DNA of 25,094 nucleotides from a virus (lineage: Duplodnaviria; Caudoviricetes): IMG/VR virus record IMGVR_UViG_3300030330_000417, positions 1 through 25,094 of that record, one strand, 5' to 3'. The translations under genes and the position numbers were made by a program. Below are positions 1 through 8,769 of this stretch, one piece after another (position 1 is the first letter of the stretch; every line of letters starts with the position of its first letter). The notes below the pieces were generated by a model. It ran no database searches. It was not told the origin of the DNA and saw only the letters and a list, made by a program, of their open reading frames with translations.

Positions 1-753
1 TCATTGCCTTTATGGACTGACGCTTACCTTGGCGATACAACCCATTTAACAACGTTAGAGCATGGGGCTTATTTATTGTTATTAATTGCAGCTTGGCGTA
101 GCCCAAATTGTCGATTGCCTAATGATGACAAAATGCTTGCAAGGTATACTAAGCTAACACCAACACAATGGAAGCGAATTAAACCTATGATTTTAAGCTT
201 TTTTGATGAGAAAGATAATTGGCTTTATCAAGGAAGATTGTCTGATGAAAGCAGTTTCGTCAAACAGAAAAGCAAAAGACAATCAGACAAAGCAAAGGCT
301 AGATGGTTGAAATATAAAGAAACACCTGATGCCGTGGCATCTTCTGGGGATAGCCGTGGCAATGCCCCCACACCCACACCCACACCCACACCCACAGTTA
401 TTAAAGATACTAACGTATCTTTATATAAAACGAGGAAATCAAATAATGGAAAGTTCAAACTTAAAGACGATTGGAGACCTAACGGAAAATCTGACCAAAT
501 CGGTGCAAGTGAAGGATACACTGCACAAGAAATCGAATGGGCATCAATCGGATTTAAAGACTACTGGATTGCAGAAGGCAAGCTCAAAACCAAAACAGGC
601 TGGGACAGAAGTTTCTATAACTGGTTACGATCTAGCATCACACGCAAAGCAATACTCGAAAAACGTAAATCCATTAGCGGTAACGATGGCCGTAGAGGAT
701 TTGGTGAAATCGCACACGACACTATTGCAGAAATGGAGCGACAAGGCACATGA
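1..753 (+). CDS. DUF1376/YdaU-family phage replication initiator-like protein, 5'-truncated by the window edge
   Basis: N-terminus (S)LPLWTDAYLGDTTHLTTLEHGAYLLLL..W..LPNDDKMLAR matches the DUF1376 pattern. A low-complexity linker follows, then a C-terminal F.DYW...K..W...F.NW helical domain. The frame is open to base 1, so the true start is probably upstream. Confidence 0.8.
   Translation, partial: SLPLWTDAYLGDTTHLTTLEHGAYLLLLIAAWRSPNCRLPNDDKMLARYTKLTPTQWKRIKPMILSFFDEKDNWLYQGRLSDESSFVKQKSKRQSDKAKARWLKYKETPDAVASSGDSRGNAPTPTPTPTPTVIKDTNVSLYKTRKSNNGKFKLKDDWRPNGKSDQIGASEGYTAQEIEWASIGFKDYWIAEGKLKTKTGWDRSFYNWLRSSITRKAILEKRKSISGNDGRRGFGEIAHDTIAEMERQGT
367..396 (+). repeat. Perfect hexamer tandem repeat (CCCACA)x5 encoding PTPTPTPTPT
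   Basis: Read directly at 367-396, inside the initiator linker. Confidence 0.95.
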
Positions 754-1111
754 GCCAATTGGCTACGAGGTTGGTGAGGTGACAGATGAGCTTAAAGATT
801 TTGTTGCCAAGCAATGTCTACCACTAACGGCAAAGGAGATGAGCTACGAACTTACTACCTTGGCAGCATTAACTAAGCGCAGGGACAATGGCGAAATAGA
901 TACAAAGACTTTTGTGCAAGCCTACGTTACTAAGCTGGCTGATTATCCTGCTGACGTTGTGAAGTATGTGCTGGCAAATGCTGCAAAGGATAGCAAGTTT
1001 TTTCCAGCATGGGCAGAGTTGTATGACGAGCTTGAATACTGGGGCAGAAGCAGATTGAGATTAAAAAACGCAATAATTAAAATAGGAGAAAAAGATGGCA
1101 GATCGTTATGA
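686..1111 (+). CDS. Probable helicase loader/replication accessory protein
   Basis: 3' part of track ORF 329..1111. Likely start is ATG 686, or GTG 704 after AGAGGA. Motif L.DYPADVV..VL......KFFPAWAEL is typical of the gene following phage initiators. Function is inferred from motif and position. Confidence 0.55.
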   Translation: MAVEDLVKSHTTLLQKWSDKAHEPIGYEVGEVTDELKDFVAKQCLPLTAKEMSYELTTLAALTKRRDNGEIDTKTFVQAYVTKLADYPADVVKYVLANAAKDSKFFPAWAELYDELEYWGRSRLRLKNAIIKIGEKDGRSL

Positions 1112-1340
1112 GTTGAAGACACCACGCAAGGGTAAAGATGGAAAAGTTTTCTGGACTAAAGTAGGTGTGGCATTTCCGCAAAAGAATGGTACAGGTTTTA
1201 ACATACAGCTAGAAGCGTTGCCCTTGCCACAATTAAACGACAATGGTCAGGTTGAGGTGTTTATTTCAATGATGCCACCATTTGAAAAAAATGGTGTTGC
1301 ACAGAGGGATGCGTCAACAGATGATCATATACCATTTTAA
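1095..1340 (+). CDS. Small putative single-stranded DNA-binding protein with SSB-type acidic tail
   Basis: AGGAG SD at 1084-1088. Beta-rich core (WTKVGVAF..GFNIQLEALP) and C-terminus DDHIPF, resembling the bacterial SSB tip DDDIPF. Confidence 0.6.
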   Translation: MADRYELKTPRKGKDGKVFWTKVGVAFPQKNGTGFNIQLEALPLPQLNDNGQVEVFISMMPPFEKNGVAQRDASTDDHIPF

Positions 1341-2020
1341 TGGTTGAGGAAGATTATCAAGCGTGGGAAGCCTACCCACAATATCGCTGGATATACAACA
1401 AGTTGGAGCTTTCTTTAGAATTAGGCTATGAGGCTGGACCAGCTTGTGTTCCTGTAAACAAGACAGGTGATTATATTGTGCGCCCTATTTATAATCTGTA
1501 TGGCATGGGCATAGGTGCAGTCAAAAAATATTTTGATCGTTATAAGGATACAGAGGATTTAATCAATCATAAACATATACCCCCAGGGTATTTCTGGTGT
1601 GAGTGGTTTGATGGCAAGCACCAAAGCGTTGACTTTATCAAAGAGGGCAACGAGTGGGTGGCATTTCATGCTATGATTGGCAAACACGAAAGCAAAGATA
1701 ACTTAACAAAATTTATAGAGTGGGAAGTAACAAAGCCAGACATTGAACTGCCAGATTGGCTACACAACATTACAACAGAAAAATATTTGAATGTTGAAAC
1801 AATTGGAGATAAGATCATTGAAATACATCTGCGAAGTGGTAATGATGTTGGCTGGGACTATAATATTGGCACAAAGATAATACCAGCGTGGAAAAACAAC
1901 AATAATGAAAAATATAAATATATGAATTTTATTTCTAATTTACATAACGACATGGAAAAGTATGAAGCGAATGGCCAATTGCGAGACGTGCGAATTGGCT
2001 ATTATGTGGATGAAAGCTAA
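1340..2020 (+). CDS. ATP-grasp-like protein
   Basis: TAATG-coupled to the previous gene. Motifs YIVRPIYNLYGMGIGA, FWCEWFDGKHQSVD and LNVETIGDKIIEIHLR parallel the ATP-grasp K-P..GxG, E-f-x-G and E-x-N-x-R motifs in order. Confidence 0.55.
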   Translation: MVEEDYQAWEAYPQYRWIYNKLELSLELGYEAGPACVPVNKTGDYIVRPIYNLYGMGIGAVKKYFDRYKDTEDLINHKHIPPGYFWCEWFDGKHQSVDFIKEGNEWVAFHAMIGKHESKDNLTKFIEWEVTKPDIELPDWLHNITTEKYLNVETIGDKIIEIHLRSGNDVGWDYNIGTKIIPAWKNNNNEKYKYMNFISNLHNDMEKYEANGQLRDVRIGYYVDES

Positions 2021-2023
2021 AAA

Positions 2024-2596
2024 ATGGTTTTATTAAACAGCAAAAAAAAAGAAAAAACTGGTCTTTTACAAGTTGAAAAAACAACAGTAAAAAAATTTCC
2101 TAAAGCTCTTTTTGGAGAATGGAAATACGAAGAGCCAAAAAAATTTGTTTTAAAATTAGTAAAAGAATTTGGGTTGCCAGACTTTATTGAAAAAAATCAT
2201 CGAACAAATGAGGGCTATGCCGTAGTTTTTAAAGACATTGATGGTTTTGATTTTGTTCGTGTCGTTGACTCAAACACAAATAAATTACATCCATACCCAG
2301 CCAAAATTTTTGTAGAGGGTGGTTTATATTTTAAAGTGCCTCAAAATCTTGTTGGAGATTTAAAAGAGGCAAGTCCGACAATTATGATTGATGAATTAAA
2401 TGGATATGTAATCGGTAAGTGTGCAAGTCTAAGCATTGCAGCAGCAACCATTCAGTTTGTAATTGATGTAGTAAATGGCAACGCTCCTGCCACTAGAGAA
2501 GAATATGACAAGCGATTATTAAAAATTATTGATGATGGTGTGCTTGACCCAGATATTCCGTGGTGGGAGGACACCACAGAAGAAATGAAAAGTTAG
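2024..2596 (+). CDS. Hypothetical protein (AT-rich accessory gene)
   Basis: 190-aa ORF starting 3 nt after the previous stop. No function recognised with confidence. Confidence 0.7.
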   Translation: MVLLNSKKKEKTGLLQVEKTTVKKFPKALFGEWKYEEPKKFVLKLVKEFGLPDFIEKNHRTNEGYAVVFKDIDGFDFVRVVDSNTNKLHPYPAKIFVEGGLYFKVPQNLVGDLKEASPTIMIDELNGYVIGKCASLSIAAATIQFVIDVVNGNAPATREEYDKRLLKIIDDGVLDPDIPWWEDTTEEMKS

Positions 2597-2667
2597 AATT
2601 GGGTGTTATGTAGCATGATATTAGAAAACAAAAAATTGCCTGATATGGTGGTGGTTACATTTAGAAG

Positions 2668-3063
2668 ATGAAAGACAAGCTAACACCAAAACAAAAGGCT
2701 TTTATTAAAGAATACTTGATAGACAGGAATGGAAAACAAGCTGCTATTCGTGTGGGTTACTCACCAGCAACAGCAGAAAATCAAGCCTCTCGGTTGTTAA
2801 GTAAAGATAAGGTTAGGTTAGTTGTTGAAAAAGAAATGCAGAAACACGCAGATAAGTGTGAAATAACGAGAGATGCCATACGCAAAGAATATGAGCGTGA
2901 CAGGGAAACAGCACGATCTTTAGAGCATCCACAGCTAAACGTAAGCGTGGCAGCTACAGAAAAGATAGCCAAGATGTATGGTTTAGATGGTGTGACTAAG
3001 GTTGAGCATAGTGGACAAGACGGAGGGCCGATATTGTTATGGGGCAAGAAGCCTACGCAGTAG
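2668..3063 (+). CDS. terS: Terminase small subunit
   Basis: LTPKQKAFIKEYLID.NGKQAAIRVGYS..TA..QASRLL is the Terminase_2 HTH signature. C-terminal KVEHSG.DGGPI is also typical. Lies directly before TerL. Confidence 0.92.
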   Translation: MKDKLTPKQKAFIKEYLIDRNGKQAAIRVGYSPATAENQASRLLSKDKVRLVVEKEMQKHADKCEITRDAIRKEYERDRETARSLEHPQLNVSVAATEKIAKMYGLDGVTKVEHSGQDGGPILLWGKKPTQ

Positions 3064-4289
3064 GAGCAGCATCCAGCGTCTTTAATGACTTCTTTGTGCC
3101 GAGCCGTTACAAAGCGTTATATGGGGGCAGGGCTAGCGCGAAGTCTCATTTTTTTGCAGAGTGCATGATAGCCAACGCTGCTATGAACTCTGGCTTCCGT
3201 GGGCTGTGTGTTCGTGAGGTGCAAAAATCACTTAAGGAAAGTGCTAAACGATTACTGGAGGATAAGATCAATGTCATGGGCTATGGTTCTAAATTTAATA
3301 TCAAGCATGACGAAATAGGAACACCAGGTGGCGGTGTAATAAGTTTCGCTGGCATGAACCAACAAAATAGCGAAAGCATCAAGTCGTATGAAAATTACAG
3401 CGTATGTTGGGTGGAGGAGGCTAGTGTTTTTAGTGCGAGGTCATTGGAGCTAATACGCCCAACTATTCGTGCGCCACAGTCAGAGTTATGGTTTAGCTGG
3501 AACCCACACCACGCTTCTGACCCTGTAGACAAATTTTTTAGAGGCTTGACGCCACCAGATAACGCAATCATCCGCAAAGTAACTTATGAGGATAACGATT
3601 TCTTGCCAGATGAGATGTTAGAAGAAATGGAAATAGATCGTGAGAATAACCCTGATAGATTTGCCCATATATGGTTAGGTGAGTATGCACCACAAGCGGT
3701 TGGTGCTATCTGGAACATGACAAATATACATGAAAACAGACAACACGATATTCCAATGTTGAGGCGTATTCTCGTGAGTGTTGACCCAGCCATTAGTAAT
3801 ACAGACCAAAGTGACGAGCATGGTATTATCTGTGGTGGCATAGGCGAGGATAACAGAGGCTACATTATAGACGATGTATCAATGAGAGGCAGTCCACAAC
3901 AATGGGCAGAAAGAGCCGTGGCAACTTATGACAAGTATGAGGCTGATGCTATTGTAGTTGAGCGTAATCAAGGTGGTGACATGGTGCGTCACACAATTAA
4001 AACAGTAAGGCCACAAATAAAGATAGTTGAGGTAACTGCAACGAGGGGCAAGCACGTTAGGGCAGAGCCAATAAGCGCATTATACGCAACCAATCAAGTA
4101 AGTCATGTTGGAAGTTACCCAGAATTAGAGGCGCAAATGTGTCGCATGACAAGCGCAGGCTATGAAGGCGATGGTAGTCCAGACCGCTGTGATGCGTTAG
4201 TTTGGCTATTAACAGAGCTATTTCCATCTATAATTAAACGCCCAAAAAGACGAAATTATGCACCAAAAGCGTCAAGTTGGATGGGGTAA
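3039..4289 (+). CDS. terL: Terminase large subunit
   Basis: Walker A-like RYKALYGGRASAKS, motif CVREVQKSLKES, Walker B CWVEEA and coupling motif SWNP. RNase H-like nuclease with VSVDPA and SPDRCDALVW. Confidence 0.95.
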   Translation: MGQEAYAVGAASSVFNDFFVPSRYKALYGGRASAKSHFFAECMIANAAMNSGFRGLCVREVQKSLKESAKRLLEDKINVMGYGSKFNIKHDEIGTPGGGVISFAGMNQQNSESIKSYENYSVCWVEEASVFSARSLELIRPTIRAPQSELWFSWNPHHASDPVDKFFRGLTPPDNAIIRKVTYEDNDFLPDEMLEEMEIDRENNPDRFAHIWLGEYAPQAVGAIWNMTNIHENRQHDIPMLRRILVSVDPAISNTDQSDEHGIICGGIGEDNRGYIIDDVSMRGSPQQWAERAVATYDKYEADAIVVERNQGGDMVRHTIKTVRPQIKIVEVTATRGKHVRAEPISALYATNQVSHVGSYPELEAQMCRMTSAGYEGDGSPDRCDALVWLLTELFPSIIKRPKRRNYAPKASSWMG

Positions 4290-4293
4290 TTGA

Positions 4294-4322
4294 TTGTCAA
4301 GATAATTTTTTAGTGGTAGCTT
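4294..4322 (+). promoter_or_regulatory. Putative sigma70-type promoter upstream of portal
   Basis: TTGTCA (4294-4299), 17-nt spacer, TAGCTT (4317-4322), with TG at the extended -10 position. Lies in the 60-nt terL-portal gap. Confidence 0.4.
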
Positions 4323-4349
4323 GATGCAAAATTAGGATAGGGTAGGCGC

Positions 4350-6566
4350 ATGGCAGAACAAGATAATGAGCTTATAGAGCTTGCAAAAGAACAGTTTGCA
4401 CAGGCACTTGATGCTTTTGAGGCGAACCAGACACGTTATGAAAAGGACGTAAAGTTCGGGCGCATGGGCGAACAATGGAATGCTGATGATATTGAGGAGC
4501 GTAAAAACCAAGGCAGGCCAAGCCTCACTATTAACAGGATGCCCAGTTTTATTCGTCAAGTGGTCAATGACGCTAGACAAAACAAACCATCTATTAAAGT
4601 CCACCCATTTGACGATACAGCAGACCCAGACACAGCAGAAGTAATAAACGGCATTATTCGCAACATAGAACAAGTATCAAAAGCAGACTTGGCATACGAC
4701 ACAGCCATAGACTGCGCCACAAGTGGTGGTTTTGGTTATTTTCGTATTGACCTTGATTATGCTGATGACGATACCTTTGATTTAGACATACGCATTAATC
4801 GTATACTCAATCCTTTGACAATATATCCAGACGCAGCATCCACGAGCGCAGATAGTAGCGATTGGAATTATTGCTTTGTTACGGAAATGATGCCTAGAGA
4901 TGAGTTTGAAGATCAATACCCAGACGCAGAGGCTATAGATTGGTCGCCAACACATTTAGACGATAATGACCAAGCGTGGTACGATAAGGATCAGGTGCGA
5001 GTTGCAGAGTATTGGGTACGTGAGCCAATCAATAAAACCATTTACCTGATGTCAACTGGCGATGTAGTAAGCGAAGAAATATACAATGAGTTGCAAGCAG
5101 AGTATGAAGCAACTGGCATAGAGTTGTTGAACACAAGGGAAACAACAAGCCACAAGGTAACTCAGTACATAATGAATGGTCAGGAAGTTTTAGAAACAAA
5201 CGAATGGCCTGGCAAGTATATCCCGATAGTGCCGTTGTATGGTGAGGAAATATTTATAGATGGCGAAAGGCATTTCTTCAGCCTCATTCATTTTGCTAAA
5301 GACGCGCAAACTATTTACAACTACTGGCGCACGACTACAACAGAGCTTGTGGCAATGGCTCCGAAGACACCTTGGATTGGGCCAGCAGGGGCATTTGATA
5401 CTGATTTAGACCGCTGGCAAAATGCGAATACTGAAACATACAGCTACTTAGAATATGATGGTGAAGTACCACCACAACGCCAACCCTTTGCTGGACCGCC
5501 TGCTGGGGCATTGCAAGAAGCACTAAACGCTAGTGATGATATGAAGTCTGTTATGGGCTTGCACGATGCAAGTATGGGAGCGCAGTCTAATGAAATTAGT
5601 GGTGTTGCCATAAGCAAGCGAGTTCGTGAGAGCGATACATCTACCTATCATTTCATTGATAATATGGCGAGAGCGATAAGACACGCTGGCGTAATTATAG
5701 TTGATTTAATACCTATGATATACAGCAAGCCAAGAATGATGCGAGTGCTTGGTGAGGATGGTATGGCGCAAACAGTTGCAATAAATCAGCCTATTACAGA
5801 AGAGCAACAAATGTTGCAAGGTCAGCAGATGATGGAAAGATTTGAGGCCATGTCTGCTATTTATGATCTTACAGTTGGCAAGTATGACGTTACAGTAAAA
5901 GCTGGTCCTAGCTATACAACGCAACGCGAGGAAGCAAGGGAAAGCATGATTGCTTTGTTGCAAGCCTTTCCACAAGCTGCGAGTGTTACAGGTGATCTTG
6001 TTGTTGATGCTATGGATTGGCCTAACAGCGATGTTTTTGCAAAGCGATTAAAGGCATTGTTGCCACCTGGTGTTGCTGATGATCGTGATGACCCACGAAT
6101 AGCACAAATGGCACAACAGATGCAGGGCATGGAGCAAGTTATAAATCAATTAATGGCTGATCGTGAAGGTAAACAGGCTGCGATACAAGTTGATCGTGAA
6201 AAGCTAATAATAGACAGCCGTAAGGTAGATATTGACTATATGCAAGCTGAAACAAAGCGCATGGAGGCAGAAATTAAGAACAAAGAGGCTGACATAAAGG
6301 CAGCAGAGGCCATGCAAGAAGACAGTCCCAACAACACGCCCATTATGGTCAAGCAAATGGACAACGCTATGAAAGAGGTTGCGCTAACGCAAGAGGCGCA
6401 AATAGCAACTGACAAACTAGACATAGAAAGAGAAAAGTTAGATTTAGAGCGTGATAAGCTCAACTTAGAGAAATACAAAGCTGATATGGATGCCTCTGTC
6501 AAAATGGCAGGCAAGACAGACGTTGATGTAACCATTAACGACATAGAGGTATCGCCAGCAGAGTAA
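4350..6566 (+). CDS. P22-like portal protein with long C-terminal coiled-coil barrel
   Basis: G.QW, RP.LTIN, GGFGYFRI, VRVAEYW, WPGKYIPIVP, KDAQ..YNYW, SGVAI..R and GKYDVTV..GPSY.TQR motifs of P22 gp1-type portals. Q/E/K-rich heptad C-terminus. Confidence 0.95.
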   Translation: MAEQDNELIELAKEQFAQALDAFEANQTRYEKDVKFGRMGEQWNADDIEERKNQGRPSLTINRMPSFIRQVVNDARQNKPSIKVHPFDDTADPDTAEVINGIIRNIEQVSKADLAYDTAIDCATSGGFGYFRIDLDYADDDTFDLDIRINRILNPLTIYPDAASTSADSSDWNYCFVTEMMPRDEFEDQYPDAEAIDWSPTHLDDNDQAWYDKDQVRVAEYWVREPINKTIYLMSTGDVVSEEIYNELQAEYEATGIELLNTRETTSHKVTQYIMNGQEVLETNEWPGKYIPIVPLYGEEIFIDGERHFFSLIHFAKDAQTIYNYWRTTTTELVAMAPKTPWIGPAGAFDTDLDRWQNANTETYSYLEYDGEVPPQRQPFAGPPAGALQEALNASDDMKSVMGLHDASMGAQSNEISGVAISKRVRESDTSTYHFIDNMARAIRHAGVIIVDLIPMIYSKPRMMRVLGEDGMAQTVAINQPITEEQQMLQGQQMMERFEAMSAIYDLTVGKYDVTVKAGPSYTTQREEARESMIALLQAFPQAASVTGDLVVDAMDWPNSDVFAKRLKALLPPGVADDRDDPRIAQMAQQMQGMEQVINQLMADREGKQAAIQVDREKLIIDSRKVDIDYMQAETKRMEAEIKNKEADIKAAEAMQEDSPNNTPIMVKQMDNAMKEVALTQEAQIATDKLDIEREKLDLERDKLNLEKYKADMDASVKMAGKTDVDVTINDIEVSPAE

Positions 6567-6571
6567 TTGTG

Positions 6572-6605
6572 CAGAGTAGATTACAGCATGGTGTTGTAAT
6601 TTCTG
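6572..6605 (+). promoter_or_regulatory. RNA hairpin in the portal-scaffold intergenic region
   Basis: AUUACAGCA-UGG-UGUUGUAAU gives 9 bp including one G-U, extendable with AG/UU and CAG/CUG. It sits just upstream of the scaffold SD. Confidence 0.5.
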
Positions 6606-6630
6606 TTTGATTATCGTGGAGAGCAAGGAT

Positions 6631-7572
6631 ATGATTATAGATGACCAAGTGGGTAGCGTAGCAGAAACGTCCACGCCCGAAGCCGAAGAAGTCGTAACAG
6701 ACCAGCCGGAAGCTGAAGACCAAGATTCTGAGAGTGTTACCCAAAAAGGTGACTACGAAGAACCCGAAGAAGCCAAAGAAAGCGAAGAATCGGAGACAGA
6801 AGACGAGCAGCCCCCTGAGGGTTCATTTTCTGAAACTGTTGAAGTCGAATATGATGGCGAGGTGTATGAAGTACCGAAACGTCTAAAAGACGCTGTGATG
6901 GCTACAAAAGATTACACCGAAAAAACCCAATCGCTTGCTGATGAGCGTAGGAACTACGAGGCCGAAAAGGCAGACTTCACACAGTATATGGAGGCATCAA
7001 AAGCGCAGTCAGAGCAGATAGCTAATTTAGCTGCCATAGATCAGCAGTTAAAACAATTTGAAACTGTTGATATGAACCAGCTTATTGATACCGACATAAC
7101 ATCAGCCAATAAGTTGCAATATCAGAAACAGCAACTTTTGGTACAACGTGACCAACTTGTAGGAGCTATCCAACAAGGCGAGGCAGAGCGACAACGGCTA
7201 CAGCACGAAAGTATGGTGCGAATAGCTGAAAAGACAGACGCAAAGTTAAGCAAGGAAGTTACAGGTTGGGGCGATGAGATGAAGGCTGATTTAGGCAAGT
7301 TTGCCGTTGATATGGGTTTGCCAGCCGACATGGTTAGTCGTGCTGTTACTTACCCAGAAATCAACATATTAAGACTAGCTCAAATTGGTTATAAAACAGA
7401 AAATCAGGTGAAGGCAGCCGTGAAGTCAAAGGATAATAGAGTGGTACGTGTAAAACCCTCAAAAAATCTAAAGCCTAAACGACAGTCTGCGCCTAAATCA
7501 CTCTCAAACGTGACTGACCCTGTTGCCTATCGGGAACTAAGGTTGGCACAAAAAAGGAAAGCGAAAGGCTAA
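6631..7572 (+). CDS. Capsid scaffolding protein
   Basis: Lies between portal and coat. Acidic disordered N-terminus, V..DGE.YEV and DYTEKTQSLA motifs, coiled coil and basic C-terminus. ATG 6631 follows GGAGAG/AAGGA and is preferred over the track's TTG 6607. Confidence 0.85.
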   Translation: MIIDDQVGSVAETSTPEAEEVVTDQPEAEDQDSESVTQKGDYEEPEEAKESEESETEDEQPPEGSFSETVEVEYDGEVYEVPKRLKDAVMATKDYTEKTQSLADERRNYEAEKADFTQYMEASKAQSEQIANLAAIDQQLKQFETVDMNQLIDTDITSANKLQYQKQQLLVQRDQLVGAIQQGEAERQRLQHESMVRIAEKTDAKLSKEVTGWGDEMKADLGKFAVDMGLPADMVSRAVTYPEINILRLAQIGYKTENQVKAAVKSKDNRVVRVKPSKNLKPKRQSAPKSLSNVTDPVAYRELRLAQKRKAKG

Positions 7573-7575
7573 ATT

Positions 7576-8769
7576 ATGGCTAATACAAACCTAACTATTG
7601 ATCAGATCACCAACGAGGCGTTGATGATTTTGCATCAAGAACTAAACTTTGTTGGTACGATTAACCGACAATATGATGACAGTTATGCAAAGGCTGGAGC
7701 TAAAATTGGCGATAGCTTGCGGATACGTCTACCAAATCAGTATACTGTAAGGAGCGGTGCATCTTTGAGTACACAAGACACGACAGAGCAAAGCACAACT
7801 TTACAGGTAAGCACTCAAAAAGGTGTAGACGTTAATTTTACATCTGAAGAACTTACAATGGATATTGATAGTTTTGCAGATCGTATTCTTAAACCAGCTA
7901 TGTCTGTGCTTGCTGCTAACATTGAGTCAGACGTTATGAACGTGGTCTTGGATGTTCCAAACCAAGTAAACAACGTAGGCTCTGCCTTTTCATTTGCAAA
8001 GGCGTTAGCTGGCAACAAAACTTTAACTGACAACCTTGCACCATACACGGATCGTTGCCTTAACATGGCAACTCAGGACAATGTTGATTTGGTTGATGCT
8101 CTTAAAGGGTTGTTTAATGCACAAGATGGCTTGTCAAGCAACTACAAAAAGGGACGTTTAGCTGGCCCATTTGCTGGCTTTGATGGCATCTACGAGAACA
8201 CCTTGTGGCCTACATTGACCACAGGTTCGGACGATGGCACAGGCGATCACCTTGTAAATGGTGCTGGTCAAACTGGTGCATCTATCACACACTCAAGTAA
8301 TGGTAGTGGAACTTTTGTAAAAGGTGACATTATTACTTTTGCTGGTGTGAATGACGTACACCCTGAGACTAAAGCCGATACTGGTAGTTTAAAGCAATTT
8401 GTTGTGACTGCTGCTATGTCAGCAACAGATACAACAGTAGCTATTAGTCCTTCTATCGTAACAAGTGGCGCATTGCAAAATTGCAGTGGTTCACCGACTA
8501 ATACTGGTGCAATTACTAAAGTCGGTGGTGCATCTGCTGTACACAACATTTCATTAGGTTATCACAAAGACGCTGTTGCCTTCGCAACTGCTGACCTTGT
8601 TATGCCTACTGGTTGTGACATGGCTGCTCGTAAAAACATGGACGGCATCTCAATGCGGATTGTTCGTGACTATGACATTAACAACGACAAGTTTCCTTGC
8701 CGTATTGATGTTCTGTATGGTTACAAGCTCATTCGCCCTGAGTTGGCTGTTCGTTACGCAAACAACTAA
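7576..8769 (+). CDS. Major capsid protein, P22 coat (gp5) family
   Basis: MAN..LT...IT.EAL..L...L, KIGDSLRIRLP, RILKPAM..LA..I and RIDVLYG....RPELAVR are characteristic of P22-type coat proteins. Confidence 0.95.
   Translation: MANTNLTIDQITNEALMILHQELNFVGTINRQYDDSYAKAGAKIGDSLRIRLPNQYTVRSGASLSTQDTTEQSTTLQVSTQKGVDVNFTSEELTMDIDSFADRILKPAMSVLAANIESDVMNVVLDVPNQVNNVGSAFSFAKALAGNKTLTDNLAPYTDRCLNMATQDNVDLVDALKGLFNAQDGLSSNYKKGRLAGPFAGFDGIYENTLWPTLTTGSDDGTGDHLVNGAGQTGASITHSSNGSGTFVKGDIITFAGVNDVHPETKADTGSLKQFVVTAAMSATDTTVAISPSIVTSGALQNCSGSPTNTGAITKVGGASAVHNISLGYHKDAVAFATADLVMPTGCDMAARKNMDGISMRIVRDYDINNDKFPCRIDVLYGYKLIRPELAVRYANN

Noticed and set aside
329-685. N-terminal half of track ORF 329..1111 (PHPHPH)
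   Set aside because: It is an alternate-frame shadow of the initiator gene; the recognisable protein begins around 686-704.
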